DNA of 64,000 nt from Macrostomum lignano (GCA_002269645.1 NIVC01000278.1:1-64000), one strand, 5' to 3'; shown: positions 49,184-63,477, numbered from the stretch's first letter. Made by a program: numbers and translations. Notes: generated from the letters alone by a model not told the origin.

Positions 49184-50336
49184 CACAGACAGACAGACAG
49201 ACAGACAGACACACACACACACAGACAGACAGACAGACAGACAGACACACAGACACACAGACAGACAGACAGACAGACAGACAGACCCCAACCCACCTGC
49301 GGTCCGCACACGCCGCTACAACAGTCGCAAGGCGGGCCATTCAAGGGGCCACCGCAGTAGGTCTTGCCATTCTCGGCCAGCCTGGGATCCCGCTCTGGTG
49401 GATCTTCGTACTGCTGTGGGGGCTGCTGCTGACTGAAGAGCAGGTGGTGATTCTCCAGCAGTTCACGCCTGTGTCTGTTCACCAGGTGATCCAGGAAGTC
49501 GTTTTCTGTACCGGTGAACCGGCACTGGGCTGCTTGGCACCGGTGGATTCTGGCAGACGCCTGTGGCGGCGGCCTCCTGATGGGTTGCTGCGGTGGAAGT
49601 TGTGGCGGCGGCTCGCGCACTGAGTCAAATGCAAAGCGCTCGCTACGGCAGTAGGGGCACCTGGGAGAGCGGTTAATGAGGGAGCGAATTAATCATGGAT
49701 TACTGACAAGCATTGGCTTAGAGTGCCTTTAGATATCTCCTAGATTAGCCATAGAAATTCCTTGAATTAACCATAGATATGCCTTAGACTAGCTATAGAT
49801 ATCCTCCTAGATTTTTCATCTAGATATTCCCTAGATTATCCATAGATATCCCTTAAATTTGCCTTAGATATCCCCTAGATTATCCATAGATATCCCCCTA
49901 GATTAGCCATAGAAATCCCCTAGATTAGCCATAGAAATCCCCCTAGATTAGCCATTGATATCCCCTAGATTAGCCATAGATATCCCCTAGATTAGCCATA
50001 GATATCCCCCTAGATTAGCCATTGATATCCCCTAGATTAGCCATAGATATCCCCTAGATTAGCCATAGATATCCCCCTAGATTAGCCATAGATATCCCCT
50101 AGATTAGCCATAGATATCCCCTAGATTAGCCATAGACATAAGACATAAACGCAAGCAGCCAGCCAGCGCCAGAATGCAAACCTGCCACTCGCGCCACCCT
50201 GCCCAGCAGTCTGTTGCACAGCTGCGATGCAGTTGTTGCAGAACCTGTGCCTGCAGCACCTGGACACCACTGCCCGCTGAACTGGACCCATGCAGATTGG
50301 GCATTCAGAATCGTTCGAAGCTCCCACTGTCGCCAT
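48403..50336 (-). CDS. RING-finger (C3HC4) protein with SIAH/TRAF-like zinc finger and two Cys-rich modules; exons 50336-50182, 49660-49297, 48669-48403 (261 aa)
   Basis: The RING CPIC...[10 protein letters not shown] is completed by RCPYCR across a phase-2 intron. [10 protein letters not shown]...LDHLVNRH zinc finger. The phase-0 intron contains (CAGA)n. All junctions are GT/AG. Confidence 0.85.
48705..49286. repeat. (CAGA)n microsatellite, intronic
   Basis: Visible. Confidence 0.97.
49730..50135. repeat. About 22-bp minisatellite (CTAGATTAGCCATAGATATCCC), intronic
   Basis: Visible. Confidence 0.88.
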
Positions 50337-51874
50337 ATTATAGATTTATAGAAAAACTAAAAAAATAAAACAGGGTTGCTGGTTTAGACTTTTAGTTTAA
50401 ATTTAGCTCAAATGATTTTAAAAATAATTACTAATTCTAACTTACTAAGGTACATTGTAGATTTGTTATCAGATAAGTGTTATCACAGTCACAGGCAATC
50501 GTTGCGTTTACTTACCTTGAGTTTAAATTCAAAGTTTTAAATTAAAGTAAAGTGGCTTAAGAGTGAATCTTATTTGCTAATAGAAAACTATATAATTGCT
50601 AATAAATATCCTAGAATAATTTTAATAGAAAATTATATTATCGTAAATGCAGAAACAATAATAGTACCACTTTGATATTCTGATCAAAAGCGAAAACTCC
50701 TAATGGAGTGGTGTTCGTTGTGCCAACTAGGAACTTTCAGGATAGAAAAGGGACAGGACAGACAGACTGGGGGTGGGTAAGGAAAGGACAGCGAGATAAC
50801 TGTACAGTCTTCAGTGTACATTGGTTAGTTTAAAATCAATGTACACACTGGCTCCACCACCTCTCCGTAGCCCCCAGGCCCGCGATGGGGGTTTAGTCTA
50901 AAAATAGCATACTGACGAATCATTGGTAAGGGACGCACGTCGCACTCTGTCAGGCGTGGCGCTTTGTTGAGCTAGCGGCTCAGGCTCGATTCCAAGCTCG
51001 ATTCTAATTCTAAGTGGGGCTAGATTCGAATGCTCGGCTTGGCTCTGCTCGTGCAATTAACGGCCTGTGCGTATGACTGCGTACGTATCCGCGCGCTTGT
51101 GTGCCTGCTCAGGGGGGGGGGGGGGGGGGGTGGGGGTCGGCGTAATGGGCAGTAATGCCTCTCGCCGGTTGTGTGACACTGTCACTTACGCTCGTATTAA
51201 AGTGCGCCCAGGGTGCACACAGCACAGGCTCCTACCCTACCCCTAATAAAAATGCCCACTAACGCTATGCCACAACACAGATTCTCTTGTTCCTAAGTAT
51301 AAACAGGAAATCACAAGAGAGCAACAGGGGTAATGACTTAATAAACTGTTGTGCGCTCGTGATTAAAAATCTAAATGCTACACTCCTTATTTATGAAGCA
51401 AAAAATGTTAATTTGGGCATTCGAATTGTGTTTTTCTGATTTTTCTAGCCATGAGATAAAATTTTTATCTAGCTAGGCTACTGTGAGTAGAGGGTTCAGC
51501 ATACACTATAAACGATTTTGACTCTGAACAAAGGATGCCGCTCAAGACTATCAAGCTCGAGCAAAATCCTAAGGTCAATAATCAGTAAGTTCGATTTCAG
51601 TAATGCTAAAGAAATTTTCTAAAAGCAAATAAAAAATCTAAATTTGAATATCATATCACAATATAATAACCCCACGTAAACAGGTGCAAATGTTCTGAAA
51701 GATGAGCTCTTACTCATAAAATCTTACCGCAATTTAGCTTGACAAGCTTTTTTACCTCGAGGTAAAACCAGATAACGCATGACTGCGGGACAGAGGAGGG
51801 GAGAGAGAAGAGAGAAGAGAGATAGGAAAAAGGAGAGGCTAGGAAATGAAGAAGAGAGGAGTGACGAAATAGAA

Positions 51875-52260
51875 GAGGAGAGGAGAGAAGAGGAGAGGAG
51901 AGGAGACGAGAGGAGAGGAGAGGAGAGGAGACGAGAGGAGAGGAGAGGAGAGGAGACGAGAGGAGAGGAGAGGAGACGAGAGGAGAGGAGAGGAGAGGAG
52001 AGGAGAGGAGAGGAGAGGAGAGGAGAGGAGAGGAGAAGAGAGGAGAGGAGAGGAGACGAGAGGAGAGGAGAGGAGACGAGAGGAGAGGAGAGGAGAGGAG
52101 ACGAGAGGAGAGGAGAGGAGACGAGAGGAGAGGAGAGGAGAGGAGAGGAGAGGAGAGGAGAGGAGAGGAGAGGAGAGGAGAGGAGAGGAGAGGAGAGGAG
52201 AGGAGAGGAGAGGAGAGGAGAGGAGAGGAGAGGAGAGGAGAGGAGAGGAGAGGAGAGAGA
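51875..52260. repeat. (GAGGA)n microsatellite
   Basis: Visible. Confidence 0.97.
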
Positions 52261-52749
52261 AGATTAGAGCGAAAAGAGCTGAGAAGAGACAAGGCCTTAA
52301 GCGCGCCGGATTGCTATTGTGCAGTTTCAAATGACCCAAGGGCTGGATGCGGGCCGCATGTGGCCCGTGGGTCGGAGGATGCCCCCCCCCCCTAATCTAA
52401 AGTTTACTTTGTTTCTTTCTGTCTAAATTATTAGTTCTATTCACAAACGCGGTATAAGACCAGAACAGCAGGTAAAAATCTCTTAATTACTCAAAAAGGC
52501 TCCATGATTTCAATTTGCAGCTATAATTAACTGATCAATAACTTGCACTTTTGTTCAAAATTGAACCGTAGGACAGTCTGTGTTTGGGTTAATAAGGGCA
52601 CCAGACTCACAGACTTTTGATGATAATAATGATGAAGAAAAGCTTCCCAATAAGCTTTCGCTCAAAGCATCTGAGCAACCCCCATGAGCCACGGCATTTC
52701 GGCGATTTCACCATGAGCATTGACATCTCAGCAGCTCCCCTAGCTAACT

Positions 52750-53262
<513 letters not shown>

Positions 53263-54804
53263 ACTCAGATTTCTCATTCTCAGTCATAACGGGCTTCACC
53301 TTAAACTTTTTGCCCCCCCCCCAAAGCCACCAACCAAAAAAGCAACAGGATTTCTGTTCGCGCATTAAATTAGCAAGTTTTGTTCACTTTGGCATCCTTG
53401 ACTCAGCAGTCTGTGATTGGATTAAAAAGGCCATCTGACTAGTGATGATGGAGAACGGCTAAACCAGCTCGAATTCCCCCAGCAATTATCGGTGACATTC
53501 GCCCATTCCATTTGTTCCCGTTGCGCCATTGAGCATTTTTTACGCAAGACATTTCTTCGCTCCACTATATTGTGGAGCAAAGATGAATTGGCAGACTTGC
53601 AAATTCCATTGGAGAAAATTGGATTAAATCCCTGATCCCCACAGAAAAGCAAATTGAATGTGGACTCACGGCAGATTTGTTACCCCCAGGCGACGGCGCT
53701 GCTCATGTCACGAGCTGTCTCACACAGAAAGACAGTCAAGCGCGACATTTCGAGACTGAAAAAATCTCAGAGAAACCTGCAATTATGTTGGGTTCGAAAC
53801 TCCCCAAATATCAGAAGTTAGGCAATGCTTTAACGGGGAACTTTTTTCTGCAAGTTTTTCAGAGGCCGATCTTGTTCCTTCTAATTTAGCTAAATTAAAA
53901 GTCAACTTGTCAATCAGTTTTTATATTACACAGATTCTTTCTTATAGGCATCATAACTATAGCCTGTCGAGCTGAGTTAGACAAAAAAATTATAGTAAAC
54001 AAACAAACAAACAAGGAGCTGACGTGCGACGGGATACAGACTTGACAATTGACATACAAAGAAAGACATCACGGATACAAAACTTATATATATGTTATTC
54101 GAATCTTATGAGCCCCATGCTAATTTAGGGCATCGCTATAGACTTCGCGCGCGTGTTTTAACAAAATATTTCACGCTCGAGTGCTCAGACTCAAAAGCGC
54201 TCAATGATCTCAGGGCCCTTAATGGACCTAATATATACTGTATACAGGGGGTGTGATCTCCCATGGCAGGGTGAGAGAGACATGTTCGGCAGAGCGTATA
54301 TTGGCCACGCTGTCATGGCAACACCATAGAACCGTATGGCTTTGCTTGCGTCGGCTTCAATAAGCTCCCTCAATTATGACAAGCTGCAGTGACTTCCATG
54401 ACTTTCCAATGTCCCGTGCCAGCTTCAGTGAGCACAGCTCGAGTTTGGGGTTTGGGAGGATTATTTGCTAGAAAGGGAGGCATATGGATGGTGGGGAACT
54501 CGGCTTCACAACTTCTCTATAAAAGAGTCAAAATTGACCAGTCAAGCAGATTTCTTTCTTTAACAACCCTGCCTGTCATAATAATATCTCTCACTTTCTT
54601 GTTGTCAAGGCATGCTGGATGCCTTGTTGGCCTTCCAAATTATCAATGGCTTCATTTAGTCTTTAATAGGCTGTCATAATTGATTGTTATTCTATATGGG
54701 ATACATTTGAATACATTTGGGATTTTCCGCTGACTTGCTTAATTCTCTCATTCATTGCTTTGGCTTTGAGAAGCCACTTTTGCTGGCCTGTTTTTTATCA
54801 ATCT

Positions 54805-55845
54805 TCTCCTCTTCTCTTCTCTCCTCTCCTCTTCTCTCCTCTCCTCTCCTCTTCTCTCCTCTCCTTTTCTCTCCTCTCCTCTCCTCTCCTCTTCTCTCCT
54901 CTCCTCTTCTCTCCTCTCCTCTCCTCTCCTCTTCTCTCCTCTCCTTTTCTCTCCTCTCCTCTCCTCTCCTCTTCTCTCCTCTCCTCTTCTCTCCTCTCCT
55001 CTTCTCTCCTCTCCTTTTCTCTCCTCTCCTTTTCTCTTCTCTCCTCTCCTCTCCTCTTCTCTCCTCTCCTCTCCTCTTCTCTCCTCTCCTCTTCTCTCCT
55101 CTCCTCTCCTCTTCTCTCCTCTCCTCTCCTTTTCTCTTCTCTCCTCTCCTCTCCTCTCCTCTTCTCTCCTCTCCTCTCCTCTCCTCTTCTCTCCTCTCCT
55201 CTTCTCTCCTCTCCTTTTCTCTTCTCTCCTCTCCTCTCCTCTCCTCTTCTCTCCTCTCCTCTTCTCTCCTCTCCTCTTCTCTCCTCTCCTCTCCTCTTCT
55301 CTCCTCTCCTCTCCTCTCCTCTTCTCTCCTCTCCTCTTCTCTCCTCTCCTCTCCTCTTCTCTCCTCTCCTCTCCTCTTCTCTCCTCTCCTCTCCTTTTCT
55401 CTTCTCTCCTCTCCTTTTCTCTTCTCTCCTCTCCTTTTCTCTTCTCTCCTCTCCTCTCCTCTTCTCTCCTCTCCTCTCCTCTTCTCTCCTCTCCTCTTCT
55501 CTCCTCTCCTTTTCTCTTCTCTCCTCTCCTCTTCTCTCCTCTCCTCTCCTCTCCTCTTCTCTCCTCTCCTCTTCTCTCCTCTCCTCTCCTCTTCTCTCCT
55601 CTCCTCTCCTTTTCTCTTCTCTCCTCTCCTTTTCTCTCCTCTCCTCTCCTTTTCTCTTCTCTCCTCTCCTTTTCTCTCCTCTCCTCTCCTTTTCTCTCCT
55701 CTCCTCTCCTCTCCTCTCCTCTCCTTTTCTCTCCTCTCCTCTCCTCTTCTCTCCTCTCCTCTCCTCTTCTCTCCTCTCCTCTCCTTTTCTCTCCTTTTCT
55801 CTTGCCTTCTCTCCTCTCCTCTCATGTCCTCTCCTCTCGTCTCCT
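54805..55845. repeat. (CTCCT)n/(CTCTT)n microsatellite
   Basis: Visible. Confidence 0.97.
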
Positions 55846-57077
55846 CCCTTCCCCACTCTGTTAAGACCTAGCAACAAAAACTAAAACCAAAGAACTTGCT
55901 ACAGGCCCGTTTCATTCTTAAAATTCTTGCCTTACATGCGAAGGTGAAAATTGAATTCCTATGTGTGACACTTCGTCAGGTTTTGAAGTGCCAATGCCAA
56001 CTGAATTCCCTCGCATCCGATGATGGGTGTTTAGGTGCAAATGTTGCTCTACTCCATGTCTCCTATTTGCCCCTCAGACTTGTTGATGCAGCTAGGCTCT
56101 TTATCTTTTTGTCGCGCTAAAACTCTTCTTCATTTTGAAAAAAGGTGTCAAAATGAGCTGTTAGAGGTCCGTTGGCACAGGATGTCGAACGAGGTGTGAC
56201 TTTAGTTCCGAGTCCTCTAACAGAGTCAGACTCTCAGATTCCCGCAATTGTTAATAAACACCCCTAGCTTCATCATCAAGGTTCGCGCATGTGACGCAGT
56301 GGTCAGGTGCGACCTCCCCCCCTGCGGTGAAAATTACAAACCCCGTTGCCTCGCATCTCGATTTGAAACTTGAAAGCAATTTCAGTTAGCAAAAATGAAA
56401 ATGATTCAAGCATTGGATGATGGGCAGGCTGAGAGCTCGCAGCCCCTCAGCAGCCAATGGGAAGTCAGCCGAGACTGCATCGAGAAGAAACTCACGACAG
56501 AGCTCCACAGAGTCGGAGGCGGGACCCCACTGGCTCAGCCAATGGCAAGCCGGTTGGGGGCGGGTCCTCAGCCCCAACCTGCCCCCTTGACCCCCGGACA
56601 TCGCCATTCTCGCCCACCCTGTAATAACAAATAAGTAGAGGTTTCCAAAGCCCCCCCGAGCTCCGCCCAGTTTCGTATCAAGCCGAAGTGAATTTTGCAC
56701 AGGAATTTTGTTAAGCCGCTGACCGCGCGCAGTCCGAAGGCTGTAATTTTTGCCAGTAATAATAACCGGGGGCAACCCATCTTGTATGCTTTGTTACCCC
56801 ACAGCCTAGGCTGAAGCGTTCATTAACATAATTAGCATTTATCAGCTTTTCACATTTGACAAGTGAACGACTCGCGAAGTTTTTATTTCATTGGATAGAA
56901 ACTCAGTACTGCTGCTGATATTAAAGCGCCTTTTGAGGACCAAAGTGACCTCATGTACAACGCTACTGATTTCGGCCGCTATCACCAGGTAAGTCTTTGT
57001 AGTGCTTGCTTGTTCGTTTAGTCTGCTACTGTGAGATAAGAAATCAAAGAAACTAAGGGCTCTAATTCTCAGGTAAC

Positions 57078-57520
57078 CCGCCCTCTGAAAATCCGCCCCT
57101 CTGAAAATCCGCCCCTTGGAAAATCCACCCCTTGGAAAATCTGCTCCTCTGAAAATCCGCCCCTTGGAAAATCCGCCCCTTGGAAAATACATCCCTCTGA
57201 AAATCCGCCCCTTGGAAAATCCGCCCCTTTGAAAATACATCCCTCTGAAAATCCGCCCCTTGGAAAATCCGCCCCTTTGAAAATACATCCCTCTGAAAAT
57301 CCACCCCTTGGAAAATCCGCTCCACTGAAAATCCGCTCCTCTGAAAATCCGCTCCTCTGAAAATCTGCCCCTTGTATAATCTGCCCCTTGGAAAATCCGC
57401 TCCTCTGAAAATCCGCACCTTTGAAAATCCGCCCCTTAGCAAACCCGCCCCTTGGAAAATCCGCTCCTCTGAAAATCCGCCCCTCTGAAAATCCTTCCCT
57501 TAAAAAATCCGCCCCTTGAA
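57078..57520. repeat. About 16-bp minisatellite (GAAAATCCGCCCCTTG)
   Basis: Visible unit containing CCGCCCC. Confidence 0.9.
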
Positions 57521-58039
57521 ATGTCACGAATTCAATGCCATTCTCACGTAGCAAAGTGAGAAATGTAAACATCTGTTCGAGTAGCAGATGAAGGTCATTA
57601 TACAACAGATATAACATAAGCAACATTCGTAATTATGATTATGCAGCTTCATCACTGGAAGCTGCTCACTTGGACAGTAGCAAATAGGCCGTATATTTTA
57701 GTCAAGGCAGAGTTTGCAGTGTGTCATTATTTCGATAGGAGACGCTGCTCTTGCGTGGGGGGCCACCCAGACAGTCAGTCAAGTCATGAATTCTATATTG
57801 ACTCTGCCTTCTCGCTATAGGTCAGACTGTAGTGTCAGAAATTTGCTCACCAACTGGACAAACAGATGAGGCATATCTGATGGGGGAGGCTGGCAATGTC
57901 TGAGAGACTGACTAAGAGAGAGAAAGTGAAGGACAAATAATGAAAGGGTGATGGAGAGAGAGATGGAGACTGAGCAAATGGATAAAGACGGTGAAAGGCG
58001 AGGGAAGAGGAGGTTAGAACGAGATGGTAGTCAGGAGAG

Positions 58040-58600
58040 GGTTGATAGGAGAGGGTAGCCAGGAGAGGGTAGTCAGGAGAGGGTAGTCAGGAGAGGGTAG
58101 AAAGGAGAGGGTAGTCAGGAGAGGGTAGACAGGAGAGGTTAGACAGGAGAGGGTAGACAGGAGAGGGTAGACAGGAGAGGGTTAGACAGAAGAGGATAGA
58201 CAGGAGAGGGTAGACAGGAGAGGGTAGACAGGAGAGGGTAGACAGGAGAGGGTCGACAGGAGAGGATAGATAGGAGAGGGTAGACAGGAGAGGGTAGACA
58301 GGAGAGGGTAGACAGGAGAGGGTAGACAGGAGAGGGTCGACAGGAGAGGGTCGACAGGAGAGGGTAGACAGGAGAGGGTAGACAGGAGAGGGTAGACAGG
58401 AGAGGGTCGACAGGAGAGGATAGATAGGAGAGGGTAGACAGGAGAGGGTAGACAGGAGAGGGTAGACAGGAGAGGGTAGACAGGAGAGGGTCGACAGGAG
58501 AGGGTCGACAGGAGAGGGTAGACAGGAGAGGCTCGACAGGAGAGAATAGATAGGAGAGGGTAGACAGGAGAGGGTAGACATGAGAGGATAGAACGAGAGC
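58040..58600. repeat. 14-bp minisatellite (GACAGGAGAGGGTA)
   Basis: Visible. Confidence 0.92.
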
Positions 58601-59146
58601 TTAGAAGGAGAGGTGGGAGGAGAAGGTAGGAGGAGAGGGTTAAAGAAAATATACAAGGAGGGGGCGAGGGGCAAGTGAGGAGGGTGGAAGGCAGTCGAAA
58701 AAGGAAGTTCAGGCATTTTATTTCTCAACTTACCTAACCCTGTTCTCCAAAGTATTTTCAGCTTCGCTGAACCAAAACTCATCCTAGCAGTGAGCACTGA
58801 GTGAGCAGGGTTTTGACAAGTCCCGAACAAATGCGATGCGACAGCCCCCCTGAGTTCCCTCACCTATGAGCACAATCCCCTAAACTGACTGCGAGGCTAA
58901 CCTTTCTTCAGAGATTTGAAATCGAGATGCCTTTTTGCACCCCCTAGGGGGATTGGTGTTGGGAATTTTATCTCTCGCGCCGCTCACCCCGAGGCAACGG
59001 AGATGGTTGAAGGTCGCTCAGCTTTCACCGCACTGGCATCCTAACTATTAATTATGATGATGACATTTCTCGATAAGAATTCTCCAATTGGACATGTAAT
59101 GCTTTTAAACTCACCAATTGTTCTTCGATTTTCTAAATCAATACAG

Positions 59147-60502
59147 GAAGCTGTTCATCTACATCATCATCATCAGCAGCAGCTTCATCAGAGCACTCAG
59201 CTGCCTAGCGGTCCAGCGGATCCTCAGCTGCATCACCACCAGCCGCAGCAACAGCAGCAGAGGCATCTCCGCAGTCCTCCGGAAGCAGCTTCCGCTTCAG
59301 CCGCTCTGGTCGCTCCGGCAGACAGCAGCGGCAGCCCGGCTGCGCCTTCGCCGCTGAAGGCGTCTCCTGCCGACTCGTTCAAAGATGCCACAGCGGCGGC
59401 CGCTGCAGCCGCAGCGGCTGTCTCTCTGGCGCCGTACTTATATCCGACGCCGCAGAACGGACAACAACAGCAACAGACACAGCATCAGCAGTACCTGCCT
59501 CACCATCAGCATCATCAGCATCATCAACAGCCGCAGCAGCCGCCCCGGCAACAGCAGCAGCAGATCATTCAGCATCCACGCAGCGATCATGCAGCTGAAG
59601 CTGCTGCCTCAAAAACTACCGATAGATTCGCTGCGGCAGCCGCGGCGGCAGCGGCAGCGGCGCTCTACCATCACCACCCGGCCGCCTGGCACACCCAGTC
59701 GTACCTGTCGGACCTGCCGCACGCCTTTGGCTGGCTACACGGACATCCGGGAGCTGAGCAGCCGCAGACAGTCGCCTACCATCAGCACCAGCATCACCAC
59801 GCCGCGACTGCTTACAACGGCTCAGGCGCACCCGGTGGCAGCTTCTATTCCGGTCAGCAGCAACTGAGCGCCGGTCAGCCGTCTCCAACTATGCCTCATT
59901 ACTATCAGCAGCATCAGCATACCGGATATTTTGGAGCTCATGCACAACAGTCGCAGTTGCATCTGCCGCAACCGCCGCAGCATCAGCAACAGCAACATCC
60001 ACCAAATCAGCCACGCCAGCAGCAGCCGCCGCAGCAAACGCCAACAGCCGTGAAGTCACCAAAAAAGTCTGGCAGCGCCTCCAGTCGAGCCACCTGCGAC
60101 TGTCCGAACTGCCGCGAAGCTGAGAGCCTCGGATCGGCAGCTGCCGCTCAGACTCGCCTGCGGCTCGGAGGCAGCGGCGGCTCCGGCTTGCACAACTGCC
60201 ACGTCCCCGGCTGCGGCAAGGTGTACAACAAGACCTCTCACCTGAAGGCGCATCTCCGCTGGCACACGGGCGAACGGCCTTTCGTCTGCAGCCTGGCGCA
60301 CTGCGGCCGTCGCTTCACCCGGTCGGACGAGCTGCAGAGGCACGTGAGGACGCACACCGGTGAGAAACGCTTCGTGTGCCCCGTGTGCGGCAAGCGATTC
60401 ATGAGGTCCGACCACCTGGCCAAGCACTCCAAGACTCACACAGAGGGCAGCCAGTCTGCTCCCATTGCAGTTGACGACGGAAATGGCGGGGACTCAGTTT
60501 GA
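59147..60502 (+). CDS. sp6-9: Sp-family (Sp6-9 clade, Sp8/9-like) zinc-finger transcription factor, main exon; the N-terminal exon is upstream and not located
   Basis: Buttonhead box [13 protein letters not shown] followed by GLHNCH (Sp8/9 read [13 protein letters not shown]...GLHSCH). Three C2H2 fingers KTSHLKAH / RSDELQRH / RSDHLAKH. Probable acceptor TACAG at 59146 in phase 0. Gln/His/Ala-rich N-terminus. Confidence 0.9.
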   Translation, partial: EAVHLHHHHQQQLHQSTQLPSGPADPQLHHHQPQQQQQRHLRSPPEAASASAALVAPADSSGSPAAPSPLKASPADSFKDATAAAAAAAAAVSLAPYLYPTPQNGQQQQQTQHQQYLPHHQHHQHHQQPQQPPRQQQQQIIQHPRSDHAAEAAASKTTDRFAAAAAAAAAAALYHHHPAAWHTQSYLSDLPHAFGWLHGHPGAEQPQTVAYHQHQHHHAATAYNGSGAPGGSFYSGQQQLSAGQPSPTMPHYYQQHQHTGYFGAHAQQSQLHLPQPPQHQQQQHPPNQPRQQQPPQQTPTAVKSPKKSGSASSRATCDCPNCREAESLGSAAAAQTRLRLGGSGGSGLHNCHVPGCGKVYNKTSHLKAHLRWHTGERPFVCSLAHCGRRFTRSDELQRHVRTHTGEKRFVCPVCGKRFMRSDHLAKHSKTHTEGSQSAPIAVDDGNGGDSV

Positions 60503-60599
60503 GAGAAGTCCCGGATGACAGTCCTCATTCACCGTGCACTTTCTGCTATGAACTGCGTGTTGTCAGTCATTTTCCTGATATTGCCTACTCTAAGATTCT

Positions 60600-61370
60600 C
60601 GACGCTGACCTACTCTACCTAACGATTCTCGACCCTGACCTACTTTCTATCCAACCATTCTCAACCCTGCCCTACTCTCTATCCAACCATTCTCGACCCT
60701 GACTTACTACTATCTATCCAACCATTCTCGACCCTGACCTACTACTATCTATCCAACCATTCTCAACCCTGACCTACTCTCTATCCAACGATTCTCAACC
60801 CTGCCCTACTCTCTATCCAACCATTCTCAACCCTGCCCTACTCTCTATCCAACCATTCTCAACCCTGACCTACTCTCCATCCAACCATTCTCAACCCTGC
60901 CCTACTCTCTATCCAACCATTCTCAACCCTGACCTACTCTCTATCCAACCATTCTCAACCCTGCCCTACTCTCTATCCAACCATTCTCGACCCTGACCTA
61001 CTACTATCTATCCAACCATTCTCAATCCTGCCCTACTCTCTATCCAACCATTCTCAACCCTGCCCTACTCTCTATCCAACCATTCTCAACCCTGCCCTAC
61101 TCTCTATCCAACCATTCTCAACCCTGACCTACTCTCTATCCAACGATTCTCAACCCTGCCCTACTCTCTATCCAACCATTCTCAACCCTGCCCTACTCTC
61201 TATCCAACCATTCTCAACCCTGACCTACTCTCTATCCAACCATTCTCAACCCTGCCCTACTCTCTATCCAACCATTCTCAACCCTGACCTACTCTCTATC
61301 CAACCATTCTCAACCCTGACCTACTACTCTCTATCCAACCATTCTCGAACCCGACCTACTCTCTATCCAA
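60600..61370. repeat. 32-bp minisatellite (CCTACTCTCTATCCAACCATTCTCAACCCTGA) downstream of the Sp gene
   Basis: Visible. Confidence 0.92.
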
Positions 61371-63477
61371 CTATTCTTCTTCTAACTTACCTTCACAAGA
61401 AAACACCGTCTTAACTTATTCAGTTCAAAATTACCTTAAATGCCTAAATGATATTTCGTAATGCCATTGAAGCTTAAAAGCCAAAAATATGTAAGGGTGC
61501 TCTCTATTTCCCTTGAATCTTGCCACCTTTTTTGTACATGCAATTTTTTCCCAAATCAACTTGGTTTCAGTCATCCAATTTCGGATAGTTTAACCCAATT
61601 TGTTGCGTATCAAATCAAGTGATCGACATTTTTTATGTATTTTTTTTCTTTAAAATGGTGCTACATATCGCCACGCAAGTGTCAGATTATATTATATCAC
61701 ATATTTTCTGCTTTCAACCGTGCTGTTTTGCTTTTGCTTTTTTCTTAGACGATTCTCTAAAATGCGTTTGGGCATTTCTAGGGATGATTCGTAAAATTCA
61801 CTGTCAATACCTGCACTGATTCTTCAGGTGCTAATTAATCTGTAATTGTTTTTACTTCTTACAATTTGAACATTAAAAATAAAAATTGCTTACATTGTTA
61901 TCGATGTTTGACAATGCGGTTTACATAACCTAAATTAATTGCAGTGATTAATTTATTAGAGAGATCTCATGCCACCACATCACAAACAGCACCTCAAGTT
62001 GCCATGCTGCAAATTGCTTTTACAGACAGTCACGCAATGTCAAGCGTCTTCAGACACCCCCTGCAGCAATTTATTAATTAATAATATGATATTGTCACAG
62101 ATTTGACACACGTCATATTGGCGTGTTTTAAAAACCTTATTTATAACAGTAGGCTATCTTCAGGAATTCGAGCAGATTCAAGTGCTTGATGGACCTCAAG
62201 TTCGGTACCTGTATCTATAGAAGTCTCAATTAATTGACAACAGGAAACTTCGAAACTGGCAGTGTTTATTATCACTAAAGTTTTTGAGCATTCGATTTTC
62301 TAAAGTTACTTTTACATCGTTGACGCAGAACGCGTCTTATTCGACGATAAATTGACAATCTCGGCTTGAACTGCACTTCATTTTACGTCGCTTTGTGCAT
62401 GTATGTCGCTTTGATAATGACTTGTTTAACGGTTTTTTTGAACAAGCACTGAGTATTTGTAATCTAAACGTTGACTTTGAATGTTATGCTCAAACCATCT
62501 TGCCAAGGTGCCGTTGCGAAAGCAGTCTTCTTTACTAGAGATAAATCTTCTTAACACAATCCTTCAAATAGGAGACACTGGTTCACACTTTCCTGCTGGC
62601 TCTAGATTAAAATTTGTCCAAGTCACGCGACAGAGAGAGAGAGAGAGAGCGTCAGGCGATTCACTGAGAGCTATCCTGGGCGGGGGCAGTTAGCTTTTCT
62701 AAGACTTTGAAGAACTTCCATTTCGTCAGTCAAAGACACCGATCGAGCCGATAGCGTGCCAAGTGGCGCTTCAAAGTCGTCGCATGCAGCTGCAACAACA
62801 ACAACAATGGCATCATCAACAGCAGCCAGCAAAAACTGTTAAGAAGAAGCGGGTCAAAGGCTTGCGAATTTCTCTCTCTTTGCGCCTCTGTCTGTCTGTG
62901 TCACCGTGCGTCCCAGCGGGAGGTCTCCCTACACCAAACGCTCTCAGATCCATTTGAACTCTCCCCTACTGCCTAAGCTTGTACAATCGACAGATCGAGC
63001 TGGGGCCATTGTCACAGCTGAGATAATTTCCCAATAGAAAACTTCGGCAAAGAGTTGCACGGTTGAGGGAGTCTGGACAAAGGGGATGAGGGGGGGGGCT
63101 GCGGGTTTTGATGGAGGACGAGCTCAGAGCGACTCTCTGGGCACCGAATACTCGCTCAAATGCGAGCTGCTCTCCCTCTCTCGCGCGCGCGCCTCCGGTC
63201 CAATTTCAAAAAATTCCATCCAGCGAAACCTGTGATTATCTGGTGGGCGCTTCGGGGCTCCGCGCGCTTCGGTGTCTCGTTTCAGACAGCTGGGTGCAGC
63301 TCTGCCATGGAGGGCACGAGGCCCGTCCCGCATACCAGCGCTTGGTATTGCATATACTATGAGGGCTGAGGCTCTCGCATGGAGCTGTCACTCCTTCACG
63401 CATTGGTCTGAGGCCTAGTATGGCTATGGCCTTGGTAGGACTCCGAAATCAATTCACTCGCGTCAATACAAAAAAGT

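Noticed and set aside
48635-49623. Long VCLS / TDRQ ORFs
   Set aside because: Read-through of the intronic (CAGA)n; only the flanking exons are coding.
53940-54100. Minus-strand segment resembling a Helitron 5' region (TATATATAAG...TGTTTGTTT)
   Set aside because: No TC start or matching hairpin-CTAG end identified.
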